A DNA stretch of 63,939 nucleotides, filler included, from Reticulomyxa filosa (Eukaryota > Protista > Foraminifera): NCBI GenBank assembly GCA_000512085.1. It is 18 parts of 18 records of this genome, joined end to end, with 100 filler letters (N's around TTAATTAATTAA, not from the genome) between each part and the next. Parts side by side here need not be neighbours in the genome. Positions count along the whole stretch, not along the records: positions 1 to 1,356 come from ASPP01013700.1; positions 1,457 to 3,684 come from ASPP01027345.1; positions 3,785 to 5,105 come from ASPP01037331.1; positions 5,206 to 6,261 come from ASPP01012085.1; positions 6,362 to 7,560 come from ASPP01003697.1; positions 7,661 to 17,229 come from ASPP01023577.1; 12 more parts are not named here. The stretch is one strand, 5' to 3'. The notes under the pieces are model-generated. The model was not told the origin of the DNA, made no database searches, and saw only the letters and a list, made by a program, of their open reading frames with translations. This document shows positions 1 through 11,148 of this stretch, in pieces. The position numbers and the translations under genes are program-made. Position 1 is the stretch's first letter. The number at the start of each line of letters is the position of its first letter.

Positions 1-2
1 CC

Positions 3-602
3 ATGCACATTGCCATCCTCACCTTCGACGGTTTCAACGAGCTGGATTCGCTGATCGCGCTGGGCATGCTGAACCGCGTGCGCGACGCCGGCTGGCGCGT
101 GTCGCTGGCCTGCCCGACGCCACGTGTCACCTCGATGAACGGCGTGGAAGTCAGCGCCCATATCTCGCTAGCCGAAGCCAGCCAAGCCGACGCGGTGCTG
201 GTGGGCAGCGGCCTGAAAACACGCGACGTGGTGGCCGACGCCGCGCTGATGGCGCAGCTGCAGCTGGACCCGGCGCGCCAGCTGCTGGCAGCGCAGTGTT
301 CCGGCGCGTTGATTCTGGCCAAGCTGGGCCTGCTGCAAAACATGCCGGCGTGTACCGACCTCATCACCAAACCGTGGGTGCAGGAAGCCGGCGTCGAGGT
401 GCTGCCGCAAGCGTTCTTTGCCCGCGGCAACGTGGCTACTGCCGGCGGCTGCCTGGCTTCGCCCTACCTGGCCTACTGGCTGCTGGCGCGGCTGAAAGGC
501 CAGCAGGCCGCCGACGAGGCGCTGCACTACGTGGCACCGGTAGGCGAGAAAGAAAACTACCTGGCCCGCGCCCGCCAGCTGGTACTGCCCACGCTGCCCT
601 GA
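3..602 (+). CDS. DJ-1/PfpI family protein (class I glutamine amidotransferase-like fold), bacterial
   Basis: 199-aa intronless GC-rich ORF. N-terminal IAILTFDGFNELD carries the conserved Glu; DAVLVGSG; nucleophile elbow AQCSGALILAKLGLL; GNVATAGG. All are typical of DJ-1/PfpI/InhA-like proteins. Confidence 0.9.
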   Translation: MHIAILTFDGFNELDSLIALGMLNRVRDAGWRVSLACPTPRVTSMNGVEVSAHISLAEASQADAVLVGSGLKTRDVVADAALMAQLQLDPARQLLAAQCSGALILAKLGLLQNMPACTDLITKPWVQEAGVEVLPQAFFARGNVATAGGCLASPYLAYWLLARLKGQQAADEALHYVAPVGEKENYLARARQLVLPTLP

Positions 603-615
603 GGCGAATACCCTC

Positions 616-646
616 CCCGGATGCGGCTGCGCCTTATCCGGGCTAC
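616..646 (-). repeat. REP (repetitive extragenic palindrome), GTAG family
   Basis: CCCGGATGCGGCTGCGCCTTATCCGGGCTAC. Stem CCCGGAT/ATCCGGG with terminal CTAC (GTAG on minus). Closely follows the enterobacterial REP pattern GCCGGATGCGGCG..CGCCTTATCCGGCCTAC. Lies 13 nt after the DJ-1 stop codon. Confidence 0.8.
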
Positions 647-661
647 CACTCGGCTGCAAGG

Positions 662-710
662 AAAAAGGTTGGCCGCAACACCGTACATCCGGCTTGCGGC
701 CAACCTTTTT
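662..710. terminator. Bidirectional rho-independent terminator between convergent genes
   Basis: Perfect 17-bp inverted repeat AAAAAGGTTGGCCGCAA (662-678) / TTGCGGCCAACCTTTTT (694-710), 15-nt loop, T-tract on both strands. Confidence 0.8.
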
Positions 711-744
711 GCATCCCTCTCACCTGTCCACCGGCTTGCCGGGG

Positions 745-1356
745 TCAGGCCACGCCCGGCCCGACAATCTGTAGCGTGGACACGCCCAAGCCGCCGCCCT
801 TGTGCAGGCGGATCTGGCTGCCGATGCGTTCCTTCATCGCGTCTACATGGCTGATGACGCCGATCATCTTGCCGCTGGCCTGGATGGCGTCCAGCGCGTC
901 CAGCGCCACTTCCAGCGTATCGCCGTCCAGCGTGCCGAAACCTTCGTCCAGAAACAGCGAATCGATCGACGTCTTGTGGCTGACCAGGTCGGACAGCGCC
1001 AGCGCCAGCGCCAGGCTCACCAGAAAGCTTTCGCCGCCGGACAGCGTGCGCGTGTCGCGCACCGCGTCGGCCTGCCAGGTATCGACAATTTCCAGCTCCA
1101 GTTCGCCACTGCGCTTGCGCTGCAGCAGGTAGCGGCCGTGCAGCCGTGCCAGGTGGCGGTTGGCCAGGTGCATCAGGTGGTCCAGCGTCAGCCCTTGCGC
1201 AAACTTGCGGTACTTGTCGCCCTCGCGCGAGCCGATCAGGCTGTTCAGCCGCTGCCACAGGTCGGCCTCGCCAGCCTGCTGCGCAATGTCGGCCAGGAGC
1301 GCCTGTTGCTGCTGGCGCCGGCTGGCGTCGTCCTGCAGCAAGGCCTGCAGCGCACC
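745..1356 (-). CDS. sbcC: SbcC nuclease ATPase subunit, C-terminal part (5' truncated by contig end)
   Basis: LIGSREGDKYRKFAQGLTL, ABC signature RTLSGGESFLVSLALAL, Walker B/D-loop LFLDEGFGTLD, H-loop IGVISHV. Frame is open into the N spacer. Confidence 0.95.
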   Translation of the reverse strand, partial: GALQALLQDDASRRQQQQALLADIAQQAGEADLWQRLNSLIGSREGDKYRKFAQGLTLDHLMHLANRHLARLHGRYLLQRKRSGELELEIVDTWQADAVRDTRTLSGGESFLVSLALALALSDLVSHKTSIDSLFLDEGFGTLDGDTLEVALDALDAIQASGKMIGVISHVDAMKERIGSQIRLHKGGGLGVSTLQIVGPGVA

Positions 1357-1456
1357 NNNNNNNNNNNNNNNNNNNNNNNNNNNNNNNNNNNNNNNNNNNN
1401 TTAATTAATTAANNNNNNNNNNNNNNNNNNNNNNNNNNNNNNNNNNNNNNNNNNNN
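1357..1456. other. Artificial contig-joining spacer (first of 17)
   Basis: N44-TTAATTAATTAA-N44, with stops in all six frames. Identical spacers start at 1357, 3685, 5106, 6262, 7561, 17230, 19903, 21100, 22389, 23499, 28961, 38494, 44633, 45846, 48972, 54806 and 59324. Confidence 0.99.
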
Positions 1457-1829
1457 TTTTGACTTAGCAATGCCATGGGAAGAGGGCAGGTAGCATATTT
1501 CATTGTCTCTATGGGACTCCAAAGTTTGCTTTAGGTTTACTATTACTTCTCAGCTGCCTTACTTCTTCGATTGATTCCCCAATTAAATTTATTGTTTTTT
1601 TTTTGGAGCCACTCAGACATGCACAAAAGCAAAACTTGAAGATATATGGTCCTTTACTGCAGCGATGTATCTGTTCTGAATGGAGGAAATACTCTTATAA
1701 TAAGCATCCCTCTGACATTGTCTAGTGATTATTAATGACGCGTATGGAGACGTTGCACTGACCCATACGTGGCTCTGTTTTGACAACATACCTCTGTTTG
1801 ATAGAGGTGACGGTGTGTTAAGTAGTATC

Positions 1830-3684
1830 AGATTCCCGACCCAATATCTCCATATTTCTCTCACATTGACACTATTCACCGTTGTTGGATGTTGCTTATT
1901 ATGGGAGGTTCATTATATTATTATCTTCGGTATATCGTTTGCACGTCAGATTTTTTTTAAGTTTTTGTGGCATTTCCGCTCTGATCAAGACAGCAATTCT
2001 TGCTTCTTCATTTCTGTGCATCCCATTCTTCTTCATTTGCGATTCTACCATCGACACCACCAGTGGTTTTAGCATATCCTAGTTGTTGTAAACATAAAAA
2101 CAACAAACAACAACTTAATTCAAACTGTTCTACAAGAAAGACAAAAGTAATTATGTTGCTTTAACTTCAATTTTCTTTCAAAGGCATTCTAAGTCATCTA
2201 ATCCAATCATTTCTCGTCAATCTCCTCTGACGACAATATCCACTGTTCTTTTGCAATCAAATTGCAATATACCAAAGCTTTAATCTCTTCCACCAAATCA
2301 ACACGAAAGGTCATACCGATCCTATATCTGAAATGTCTCAATACACATTTGGTGTGTCGACATCTGGATTCACATATACATAATCACAAATACATAATAC
2401 TTGCTTGAGATTGACGAATTTGCATAATGTTCGAAAAAGATAAAAGGTATTGACAATTATTGTTGGAATGTTGAACTTAGTACGTATAATAACAGTTTAT
2501 CCACAGACGCTATATGCAAATAGCAAATACACATTATTTTTCTTCACTTATACTACTCAGATGTTGATGTTAGCGCAAAAGTTGATCAATTGAACAGTAG
2601 TTGACTTGAACGCATTATCCACCGCATTGCATGATTTTTACTAACAATTCAGTTGATATCTTCGTATATCAAACCATAAACCTGCATTCGTTTCGCTTTT
2701 GATTATTGGATTATCTTGTATGATATTCTTTGTTCGCATTGTTTGCAAAATTGTTCTTTTCTTGATTCTCTTTCTCATTGCCATTTGTCGTTGCAGTCCT
2801 TGAAATTAGTCTTCCATTTGCAACATTTGATTTCTATGATGTTATAAGTATGTTTTTTTTTTTGTAAACAAACACAAATTAGAAAAAATCACTTAACTGC
2901 TGCTATCCTCTCGTTGGATAGAAAGATTTTTCTTCAATATAAATAATTAAAAAATAACACTTAAATAATAATTTGTTTGCATTTCTTATTCTTTTTTTTA
3001 TTTTCTTTTTCTTATTTCTTTTTTTTTTTTTATTTACTATTCAATCTTTTTTTTTTTATTACTACATCTTTTTTTTATTTTTACCTTTTTTCTTATTTAT
3101 TATTTCTTATTTTTTCTTTTTATTAGTCCTTTTTTTTCTCCAATTCTTAATATTTAATTTTTTTCTTTACCCTCCTACTTAATCTTCCCCTTTTCATCAT
3201 CCTATATTTTTTTATAGAAATAACATAAATACTTCACCTAATACCTATTTGCAAACACAAACAAATTTATATTTTAAAATTTTTTTAAAACAAATATTTT
3301 CATAACATGACAAATCGAACACGATACTCAATTTCTTTTTTCCTATTTTGACACTTCAAATACATTTGTTTCTTTTTTTGTGAGATGGAAAACAAATAAA
3401 TGTACATATATGTGTCTTTCATTTGAGGGGGAATTCCTATTTCATCACAAGAACAAACACACATTTTATAACAAAGACATATTTACATAATTAAAAAAAA
3501 CATATACAAACCTTTTTATTTTATTTTTCAAACGGAGTAGATTTCGACCCCAATGATCTTTTTTTTTTTTTGCGTGTGGAGTTGGTACATATAAATTAAT
3601 TTGGCTTGACGTGTGAACCTATATCATACACATACAATATTTAAATATATTTTAAAAAAAAGCAAATATGACAAACCATTTTTT
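1830..3684 (-). repeat. Copy A of a diverged dispersed element or decayed multicopy gene (homologous to 23599-26150)
   Basis: Collinear reverse-complement anchors: 3532-3551 vs 23733-23751; 3425-3445 vs 23843-23864; 2348-2366 vs 25711-25729; 2286-2303 vs 25761-25778; 2079-2092 vs 25900-25913. Both copies carry an A-rich block at the same relative position. Confidence 0.8.
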
Positions 3685-3812
3685 NNNNNNNNNNNNNNNN
3701 NNNNNNNNNNNNNNNNNNNNNNNNNNNNTTAATTAATTAANNNNNNNNNNNNNNNNNNNNNNNNNNNNNNNNNNNNNNNNNNNNAGGTGGCAATTGATCC
3801 AAGTACTATAGC

Positions 3813-4264
3813 GCAACATCGAAGCAGCCATTTGCATTGACGAGAAAGCTGATCACATGGTATATTGTGCGCTCCTTGCTGCGAGTACTCACAAGTCGAA
3901 CCTGAAAATCCGTAATCGCAGTGGAGAGATTTTGACACGCTGCGAATAGCATATCGAAGAGGAGGCCAAAGTGCAAGGCACGCATGACGAAGCAAACAAC
4001 GAACATCGCCCGGACTATGGCTACGAAGGACACATTGACGAAGGTAGCGAAGACTCGTTGTTCGGCTCGCGACGCGACCGAAGTGGCACTCGAATGCAGT
4101 AAGTGAATGCCATGAGCGGCACTGGGCCTACAGTTATCGCTACTGTCATTACCACGGCCAGCGGTATTCTCAGTGCTTCCGGCGCAAATGCCAGCATCAT
4201 TGCGAGTCTTAACACGGGTATGACCAGCATACGCAATAACAAAGCAGTATTCTTAACAGTATGA
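3813..4264 (+). pseudogene. Decayed coding fragment of unknown family
   Basis: One frame reads NIEAAICIDEKADHMVYC...EILTRCE*HIEEEAKVQG...GTRMQ*VNAMSGTG..., with in-frame TAG (3947-3949) and TAA (4100-4102). Composition is coding-like and GC-richer than the flanks. Confidence 0.45.
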
Positions 4265-4495
4265 ATAGTAACAACAATACCAATAACCCCGACAATATGC
4301 ATACCTTGAACCTTGCAGGCGACAGCAAAAAAATATCATGTCCCGTGGCCAAATCGAATGCAACGCCGATTTGGCTGCGTCGCTGTTGGTGGAAATCATT
4401 GGTGTGGACAGCGGGCCTATCGGACGTGACTTTTCTGTCTTTATCTTGTACGCTTCGATCTTCATATCGTTCAGTGCCAGTCCACGACAGTTATT

Positions 4496-4775
4496 TTCTT
4501 TTTGGATATTGTAGTCGCTCAAGGTGCAGTCGTCTTACAATTGCTTGCCAGCGAAAATCAATTGTTGTTACTCTGAAGAAATTCCTTCCTTGTCCTGGAT
4601 TTTTGCCTTTACGTTTTGGATAGTATCGTTGGCCTCTACGTCCAACATGATTGTCTTGCCGGTCAATGTTTTTACGAAACTGTTTTCAATAACAAAAAAA
4701 TAAATTGAATACGTAACGCAATCTCGGATTAAAAAAAAGATTACGTATAAAAAAACAAACAACTTACATTTGCAT
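4496..4775 (-). pseudogene. Ubiquitin pseudogene, intron-containing, truncated after residue 64
   Basis: Exon 1 ATGCAAAT (4775-4768), GT..AG intron 4767-4680, exon 2 from 4679. Spliced: [65 protein letters not shown] at codons 40 (4570-4568) and 51 (4537-4535). No STLHLVLRLRGG tail. Confidence 0.93.
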
Positions 4776-5293
4776 TTGATCATTTGTTGTGTATTTTTTA
4801 TTTACTAAACACAAAACTTTGTCTTTTAGTTCGCGACTGTTCAGACAGAGAATAAATTATTGTTAAAATTTTTGTCTTTAGACAGTTACTTGTGATATCA
4901 TTTAGCACTGTCTTCTGTTGATTACTTTTACGGACTATTATCTCTCGAAAAACTCTTCCATCTTGCATCTTAAAATCAGCTCCCATTTTTTTTAAAATCT
5001 TTTTGTATGATATAGATGAAAAACTGTTTGAACTTTTTTACTCAAATCAATGAAGGGGTTGTCAAAAAAACTTTAATCTTTTTCAATGAAAAGAAAACAA
5101 TTGTTNNNNNNNNNNNNNNNNNNNNNNNNNNNNNNNNNNNNNNNNNNNNTTAATTAATTAANNNNNNNNNNNNNNNNNNNNNNNNNNNNNNNNNNNNNNN
5201 NNNNNACACACGCACATATATACATATATGTATACATATATGTATATATGTATATATAATATATATATATATATACAATATATATTTGTATAC

Positions 5294-6154
5294 CTTTGCT
5301 ATAAATGGCAGAATCTTTTAATAGAAATCGCAAAGGTCTATCAAAGGCATATAAACATATCAACGAAATGCAAATGTCAAAGATAACGTAGACGCCTTGC
5401 CCCCACAACGGTATTTGCCGAACGGCACAGAAGAAAACATGACTCGCGATTTTGTGAACGTCGCCGCTGATGAACATAACACAGGTCAGTGCAGCAAATG
5501 CGGCATAGGCGACCAGCAACACGTAAATCGTGTAAAAAAGCCGCTTGGCGTTCGCCGCAAATGCCGTGTCCATAAACACCAAATACAAGCGCGATACAAA
5601 TACTAAGTATAATGAAAACTTTACAACAAAGATTGTCATCAATGACAACTTTTTTAATAATGCACAATGTACATATATTGGGTTGATTATATCCCACGCA
5701 TCTGCAGTAATTTGTTTTTGTTTTTTTAAATATACATATAAATATAAATATACATACATATAAATATATATACATATATATATACATATATATTTATATA
5801 TGTATATATATGTATATATATGTATATGTGCATATATGTATTTTATTTGACTAGTTGAAAACTGCAAATGTAATAAAGGTTGTACAACGTCATGCAATAA
5901 AGTGTGAAAAGAGTGAGAAAGTTGGACAGCAAACGATATTTCTTGGCCGATGGCGATTCTGTCGGATCCAGGGACCGTGAGTTTACAAACGCATATACCT
6001 TCCACGAATGCTGTATTGCTATTGTCAGCGATAGCACCAAACAACACGAGGACAGCCCTCTCTCCATTGAGTACACATACCACGGGCGGTAGATGAACTC
6101 CCGAGAAACAAGTGACAAGGGCACCATGTTTTTGATTATTATATCATCCGCCAT
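5294..6154 (-). CDS. Multi-pass membrane protein, possibly 7TM receptor-like (spliced, 3' end beyond contig)
   Basis: Exon 1 (ORF 5843-6154) has two hydrophobic segments. A TA-microsatellite intron follows (~5860-5702). The next exon has three more hydrophobic segments (KFSLYLVFVSRLYLVF; IYVLLVAYAAFAALTCVMFI; GVYVIFDICISLICLYAF). GT donor at ~5293. Confidence 0.55.
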
Positions 6155-6361
6155 TTTTTATTTTTGGTTTTTTTTTTTTTCCCAGTGCAAATGATCCTCC
6201 TAATCAACCTAGTTTCAACAAAGTGCGGGTATATTAAGCTAATTGACGAAAGAGGGTGACCNNNNNNNNNNNNNNNNNNNNNNNNNNNNNNNNNNNNNNN
6301 NNNNNTTAATTAATTAANNNNNNNNNNNNNNNNNNNNNNNNNNNNNNNNNNNNNNNNNNNN

Positions 6362-6397
<36 letters not shown>

Positions 6398-7660
6398 ACG
6401 AAAAAGAACATTCAAAGAAATGAGCAATGAATTAAAAGACATTGTGGGATGGGACTTGGCAAGTTCATTCTATATTCAACCACCCATGCCTACACCCACA
6501 AAACTAATGCGCCATCAACTGCAACATTCTTGCATCACTAAGCCTACTAGACTGTTCGAGGAAACTCCTGTTGATCATGCGAATGACCATACAAATGGGA
6601 CTCTTGCATCTTCTGATGACTCTTCTGAACTTATCACCTCTGTCAATGTTCGTTAGGAGGAGAGATGATATCCCCCCTACTTCTTTGTCATCACCGACAC
6701 CATCATACTACAAATTTTTTTTTTTTTTTTTGATAAAGGACGTGGAGGAAAGGATAAAAAATAATAGTCAGGACAAGGGAGAGGGGGGGGAAGAGGGAAA
6801 AAAAAAAGAAGCGATAAATAAATAAACAATTTTTCCTTTTTTTTTTTTGCTGATTCAGAAAAACGAAGAAGAAAAAAAGAATGATTGTGATACTGATGAC
6901 AACTCACACACGAAAAAAAATTGTAATTTGGGTCCCAAAATTCGATTGAAAATGCAAAAAAAATCAGTCAGTTCAGGGATTTTTGTTGAGGTTTTTTTCC
7001 AGTTGTTGTTGTATGCTGTTGCGTTGCTAGCTTTTGTTAGTATATGTATGTATATGTGGTGTATATACTTATAAGCATGTATGTGTATGTATATGCATAT
7101 GTATATACGTTTATATATGCCGTTTGAAAGATGAACAGTGGCCTATCAAGGCACAAGTAATTCGGGTCAAAGGTCAGTGTTATAAAACTAGGTACTCACT
7201 ACATTGGAAAAATTTGAGAGTCATCGATACAGAAGATGTTGTGTTGTATTCGGATTTTTGGTACTCGTCACTGTGTCGAGAAATATTTCCATCAAATTCT
7301 GGAGCCGTCATAGTTCATGAATAGATTTTCTTTTTTTTAATTCTTTTTTTGTTGGCTTTACCTTATCCTTTTCATTAAGAATTGTGAAAGTTTATTTTGA
7401 ATATATCAAAATGACTATATGCAAAATGAATGACACTACAAATTTGTCGTGACAAACAGATTTTACTTAACTCTTATTGCAAAAAGTTTCTATCCTCTTA
7501 ACTACAAAAAAAAAATATGGTAGAGATATTGAATTAAATAGATTTGTTGCTTTTAAATTGNNNNNNNNNNNNNNNNNNNNNNNNNNNNNNNNNNNNNNNN
7601 NNNNTTAATTAATTAANNNNNNNNNNNNNNNNNNNNNNNNNNNNNNNNNNNNNNNNNNNN

Positions 7661-7691
<31 letters not shown>

Positions 7692-7699
7692 TCTCAAAA

Positions 7700-8855
7700 A
7701 TTTACAGCCGAAAGTAGGCCTAGTAGCAATAAGATTAAGACAGTTCAAGACGCAGCCACAGGTCAATACTTTCGTCGTGTCATTGGTGGCGTCGATGACG
7801 AAATATCAACACCGACGACAGCGTCAGCAGAAAGCGCGCTCTATTCTCGCCAAAGAGAAGACTATCAATCGCAAAACCCCGACTTTTCTGGCTTGCCAAA
7901 GCACAGTCGTAATGAAAGTGACATGTCCACCTCCAGTAGTGTTGCTTTGCAAAGTGGTGGAAAATACTATAAGCGAGGCGAGCCTCGTCCACACACGCTT
8001 CAAGGTAACACCGGCACAGCTTCTTACTCGTCGCCTACATCCACTAGTAACAACAGCGCTACACATATGGATACTACCGTTGGGAGCATTGCTTTCGCTG
8101 GGGGTTCGAGCAAAAGTTGTGTTTTATCAAAATATATTAAAAAGAGAAGGAAGAAGATGAGAATAAATAAATATTTTTTTTGTACACACAACAAATCAAA
8201 TTGATCAAAGGCCGACGTCGACAAGAAAGAAGACAATTGCCAGATATGGCGACGATCGGACAAGTCGAGCCTCTACGCAGTAAGTCCCCCGACACAACAG
8301 CACCATCGGATGCAAAACGCAACGCCATGAATGACAATGGATTGGGACAAGACTACAAGTCTGCTTTGCCAACTAATTTGCCGAAAAACAAAGAAAAAGA
8401 AAAGGAAAAAGACTTTTCTCAATCTAAAAGTATCCCACGTTATCACGATGAAACGGACGAAGAGGACCGCCCTATCAACAATTACAATCGCAGTGATTAC
8501 AATACACAAAACTATAAAACTTATCGCAATGACTCGGAAAGCTATAATACAAATCCAAATAACAAAAACTCAAAATGGAGCATTGAAAAGTAGAGTGGAC
8601 AATAATAATAGCCCAGTCAACGAACGTGTTACTACAAATGCGATGAAAACTAGCAAGACAGCCTTTGCTTCAAGTGACCGATCCCCACAAACCAATAGTA
8701 TTGCTGAATCTTCCGCAGAACAAATGGCAAGTGACAGAACACCTGCCTTAGCGAAATACCGACAATTGAAAAAAGATAACAAACTGCCTGCTGCAAACAC
8801 TGCGATAAATAGAAATGTGAACAATTATACAAATATGGATTATTCTTCTGACTGA
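7700..8855 (+). CDS. Hypothetical hydrophilic low-complexity protein, 3' part (spliced; one apparent frameshift)
   Basis: Consecutive coding-like ORFs 7893-8204, 8180-8593 and 8331-8855, rich in S/N/T/K. Short AT-rich intron near 8118-8210. Frame change near an A-run at ~8565. Confidence 0.45.
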
Positions 8856-9157
8856 AAATATTTTTTTGTTTTTTCTTTCGTTTTGTTCGTTTGTTTTTTT
8901 TATGTTTGTCTAGATGTCTAATACAAGAAGATGGTTATGTTTGCTTTTTTTTTCTCCTTCGGTTGAGCTACTATAGTATAAATGGTTTTACCTTGACACA
9001 AGATTGTTTTTGTTTTTGTTTTGTTTTTTAAATGCTTTTCTTGAAATATTTTGGCCCATGTAAAATATTTCCTTCAGTGAGACCACCTCCAAACTTCGAT
9101 GTGCCTCAAAAGCAAAATCATATTTTTTGTCAACATCTACATCACTTTGTGAAAAAT

Positions 9158-11148
9158 TTAAATGAAAGGCAAACCAGTGGTTGTGTCCTCTTCTGCCCAA
9201 GAAATCAAAATGTCTTTGACAATATCAGGATACTGTGTAAATAAAGTGGTAGAGTAGGGAGAGGATAAAAATTGCAACAGTTGTTTGCGTTTGCGCAAAA
9301 AAGCCAAGGCAACTTGTTTCGATTGATAAAAATCATATGCACAGTAAATGGATTCCTTAAATCGATTGGAAAGAATTAAGGCCATTCCAACATTGAAAGG
9401 AGTGATGTCTTGTCTCAAGCGTGTTAGCAACAATTTACCTAAATTTGAAATTTGATATTTGTCTGCAAAATGTAACAAATCTTCAAATAATTCGTTGTCT
9501 TGTCCCCATTGAAATCTCGAAATGATTCCAGAATACATGTAAATCAGAGCATACTTCAGAGTCAAAGGATGTTTCAAGTCTTTGATAATGATTTGATTTT
9601 TCAGTGATTCTTGCATTTTATGTTCAAACATTGCTGCAAATACGGGACTGAATCTACTCAACACATCCTTATGAACTTTCCAGCACAAATTCTTGTTGTG
9701 AGTTATCGGTTCATTGTTCTGAGTTGTCGAATCTTGTCGACATTAGTGTTCACTTCTTTTTCAACCACATTGTCCAGTTCACATATAATATCCGTGTCGC
9801 CACACGTTTTGTTCTCAATCATTTCTTTCATGCCATCTAACCAATTTTCCCAGTCATTAGCTTTGGTGCCAATTCTATATCAATTGTCGCATTTTATTTT
9901 TTCAAGTCTCACATGTAATATTGAGTATCACGTACATTACATTTACATCGCTTGTGCCATGTGTGTTCCATTATGTACATATACATATATATGCACTATA
10001 TGTATATACCCTCTCCCTTCCTAAGTAAATATGTACGATCAACTTGGAGCTATCTACGAAACGAGTTGAAGCATCATCGGTATCGACAACGATTTGTCGA
10101 GGGACTCGAATTGAAACGCGAAAGTTTAAACGGTTATTATCCACATACCCTTGCAGATCATTTACAGAGCAAAGGCGAATAAGTTCTTTTCGTGTCTTCA
10201 TGCTGATAGTCCGGGAGAGGGGTTGAAACCTACTATGGGACAATTCGCAAGTCACTTCCATCAAAACATCATCACTCGTGTTGAACAATGAGTCTTTGTA
10301 AGTAATTTGTCTAAAACTTACAGGGGATGAAGGTACTCCACATATTATCAAATATACATCTGGTGTGGTGGATGCCTGTAACGAACCGAAACCACCTAAT
10401 AATCGACAGAGTTTTTTTTTTGTTTGTTTTTTTTTTTTTTTTTTTTAGTTCAAAAAAAAAAAAAAAAAAAAACGTTAAAAACTATTAAAATTCGTGTTAT
10501 GTACGTATACGTATACATACATATACATATGTATATGTATAAATATACGTTTACATATATCTAAAAAAAAACAAACAAACCCGAAGAACTGCCATTCGAC
10601 CTTGTAATATGCATCCCCAACTCAAAGAACTTGAGACCTTTAACTTCAATTTGTTTGTTCAAATACAAGGGTGTTTTGAAGGACAAATTTTGTAGCCGTG
10701 GAGCCGAATATGGAAGGAAGACGTCAGAAATTCCTGCGAATGAATGGGGAGCTGTCCCTGATACTGGGATTGGCATTGGCAGTCCCATCGGCACTAATGG
10801 CGCACGCACAGTATTAGGAGGTTGATCTGTGCCAAGTGAATAGATTACGTCCATTGCCACAGAAAAATGAATTACCGTTTCAAAGGCTGGAGTTATGCCA
10901 TCCACATTCAGTTTCACTTGTTCTTGCTCGCTTTCTTCCTTTTTGTTGTCACTTTTTTCCTCTTTATTTTTATTCTCATCTTTCTCTTCTTTTTCATTTT
11001 TTGTTTCCTGTTTTTCTTCAGAATCCCAAATCACTGAGGTCTGTGCTTCTGTGGCGGAAAAGAAAAAGTCAAAGGAGAAAGTCGAGGTAGTCTCTGGAAA
11101 CAAAATATCATCGAAAACATAATCACTTGCTTCAATTGAATTCTCCAT
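9158..11148 (-). CDS. BTB/POZ domain protein (SPOP-like BTB plus BACK-like helices), multi-exon
   Basis: VHKDVLSRFSPVFAAMFEHKMQESLKNQIIIKD...LIYMYSG...LLHFADKYQISNL is a classic BTB. Upstream exons are ORFs 10561-11157 and 9971-10351, separated by TA-rich introns. Frame is disrupted near 9790-9735. Confidence 0.8.

Noticed and set aside
168-1404. Long overlapping alternative-frame ORFs in contig 1
   Set aside because: Shadow ORFs typical of high-GC coding DNA, with no motifs.
1401-1412. TTAATTAATTAA recurring 17 times like a regular repeat or piggyBac TTAA site
   Set aside because: Always centred in N44 blocks. It is an artificial six-frame-stop linker.
4535-4570. In-frame TAA in ubiquitin as evidence of stop-codon reassignment
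   Set aside because: The two TAAs replace different residues (Gln and Glu), the copy has many other damaging changes, and TAA, TAG and TGA all end intact genes here (MRE11, SDHAF4, PP2C).
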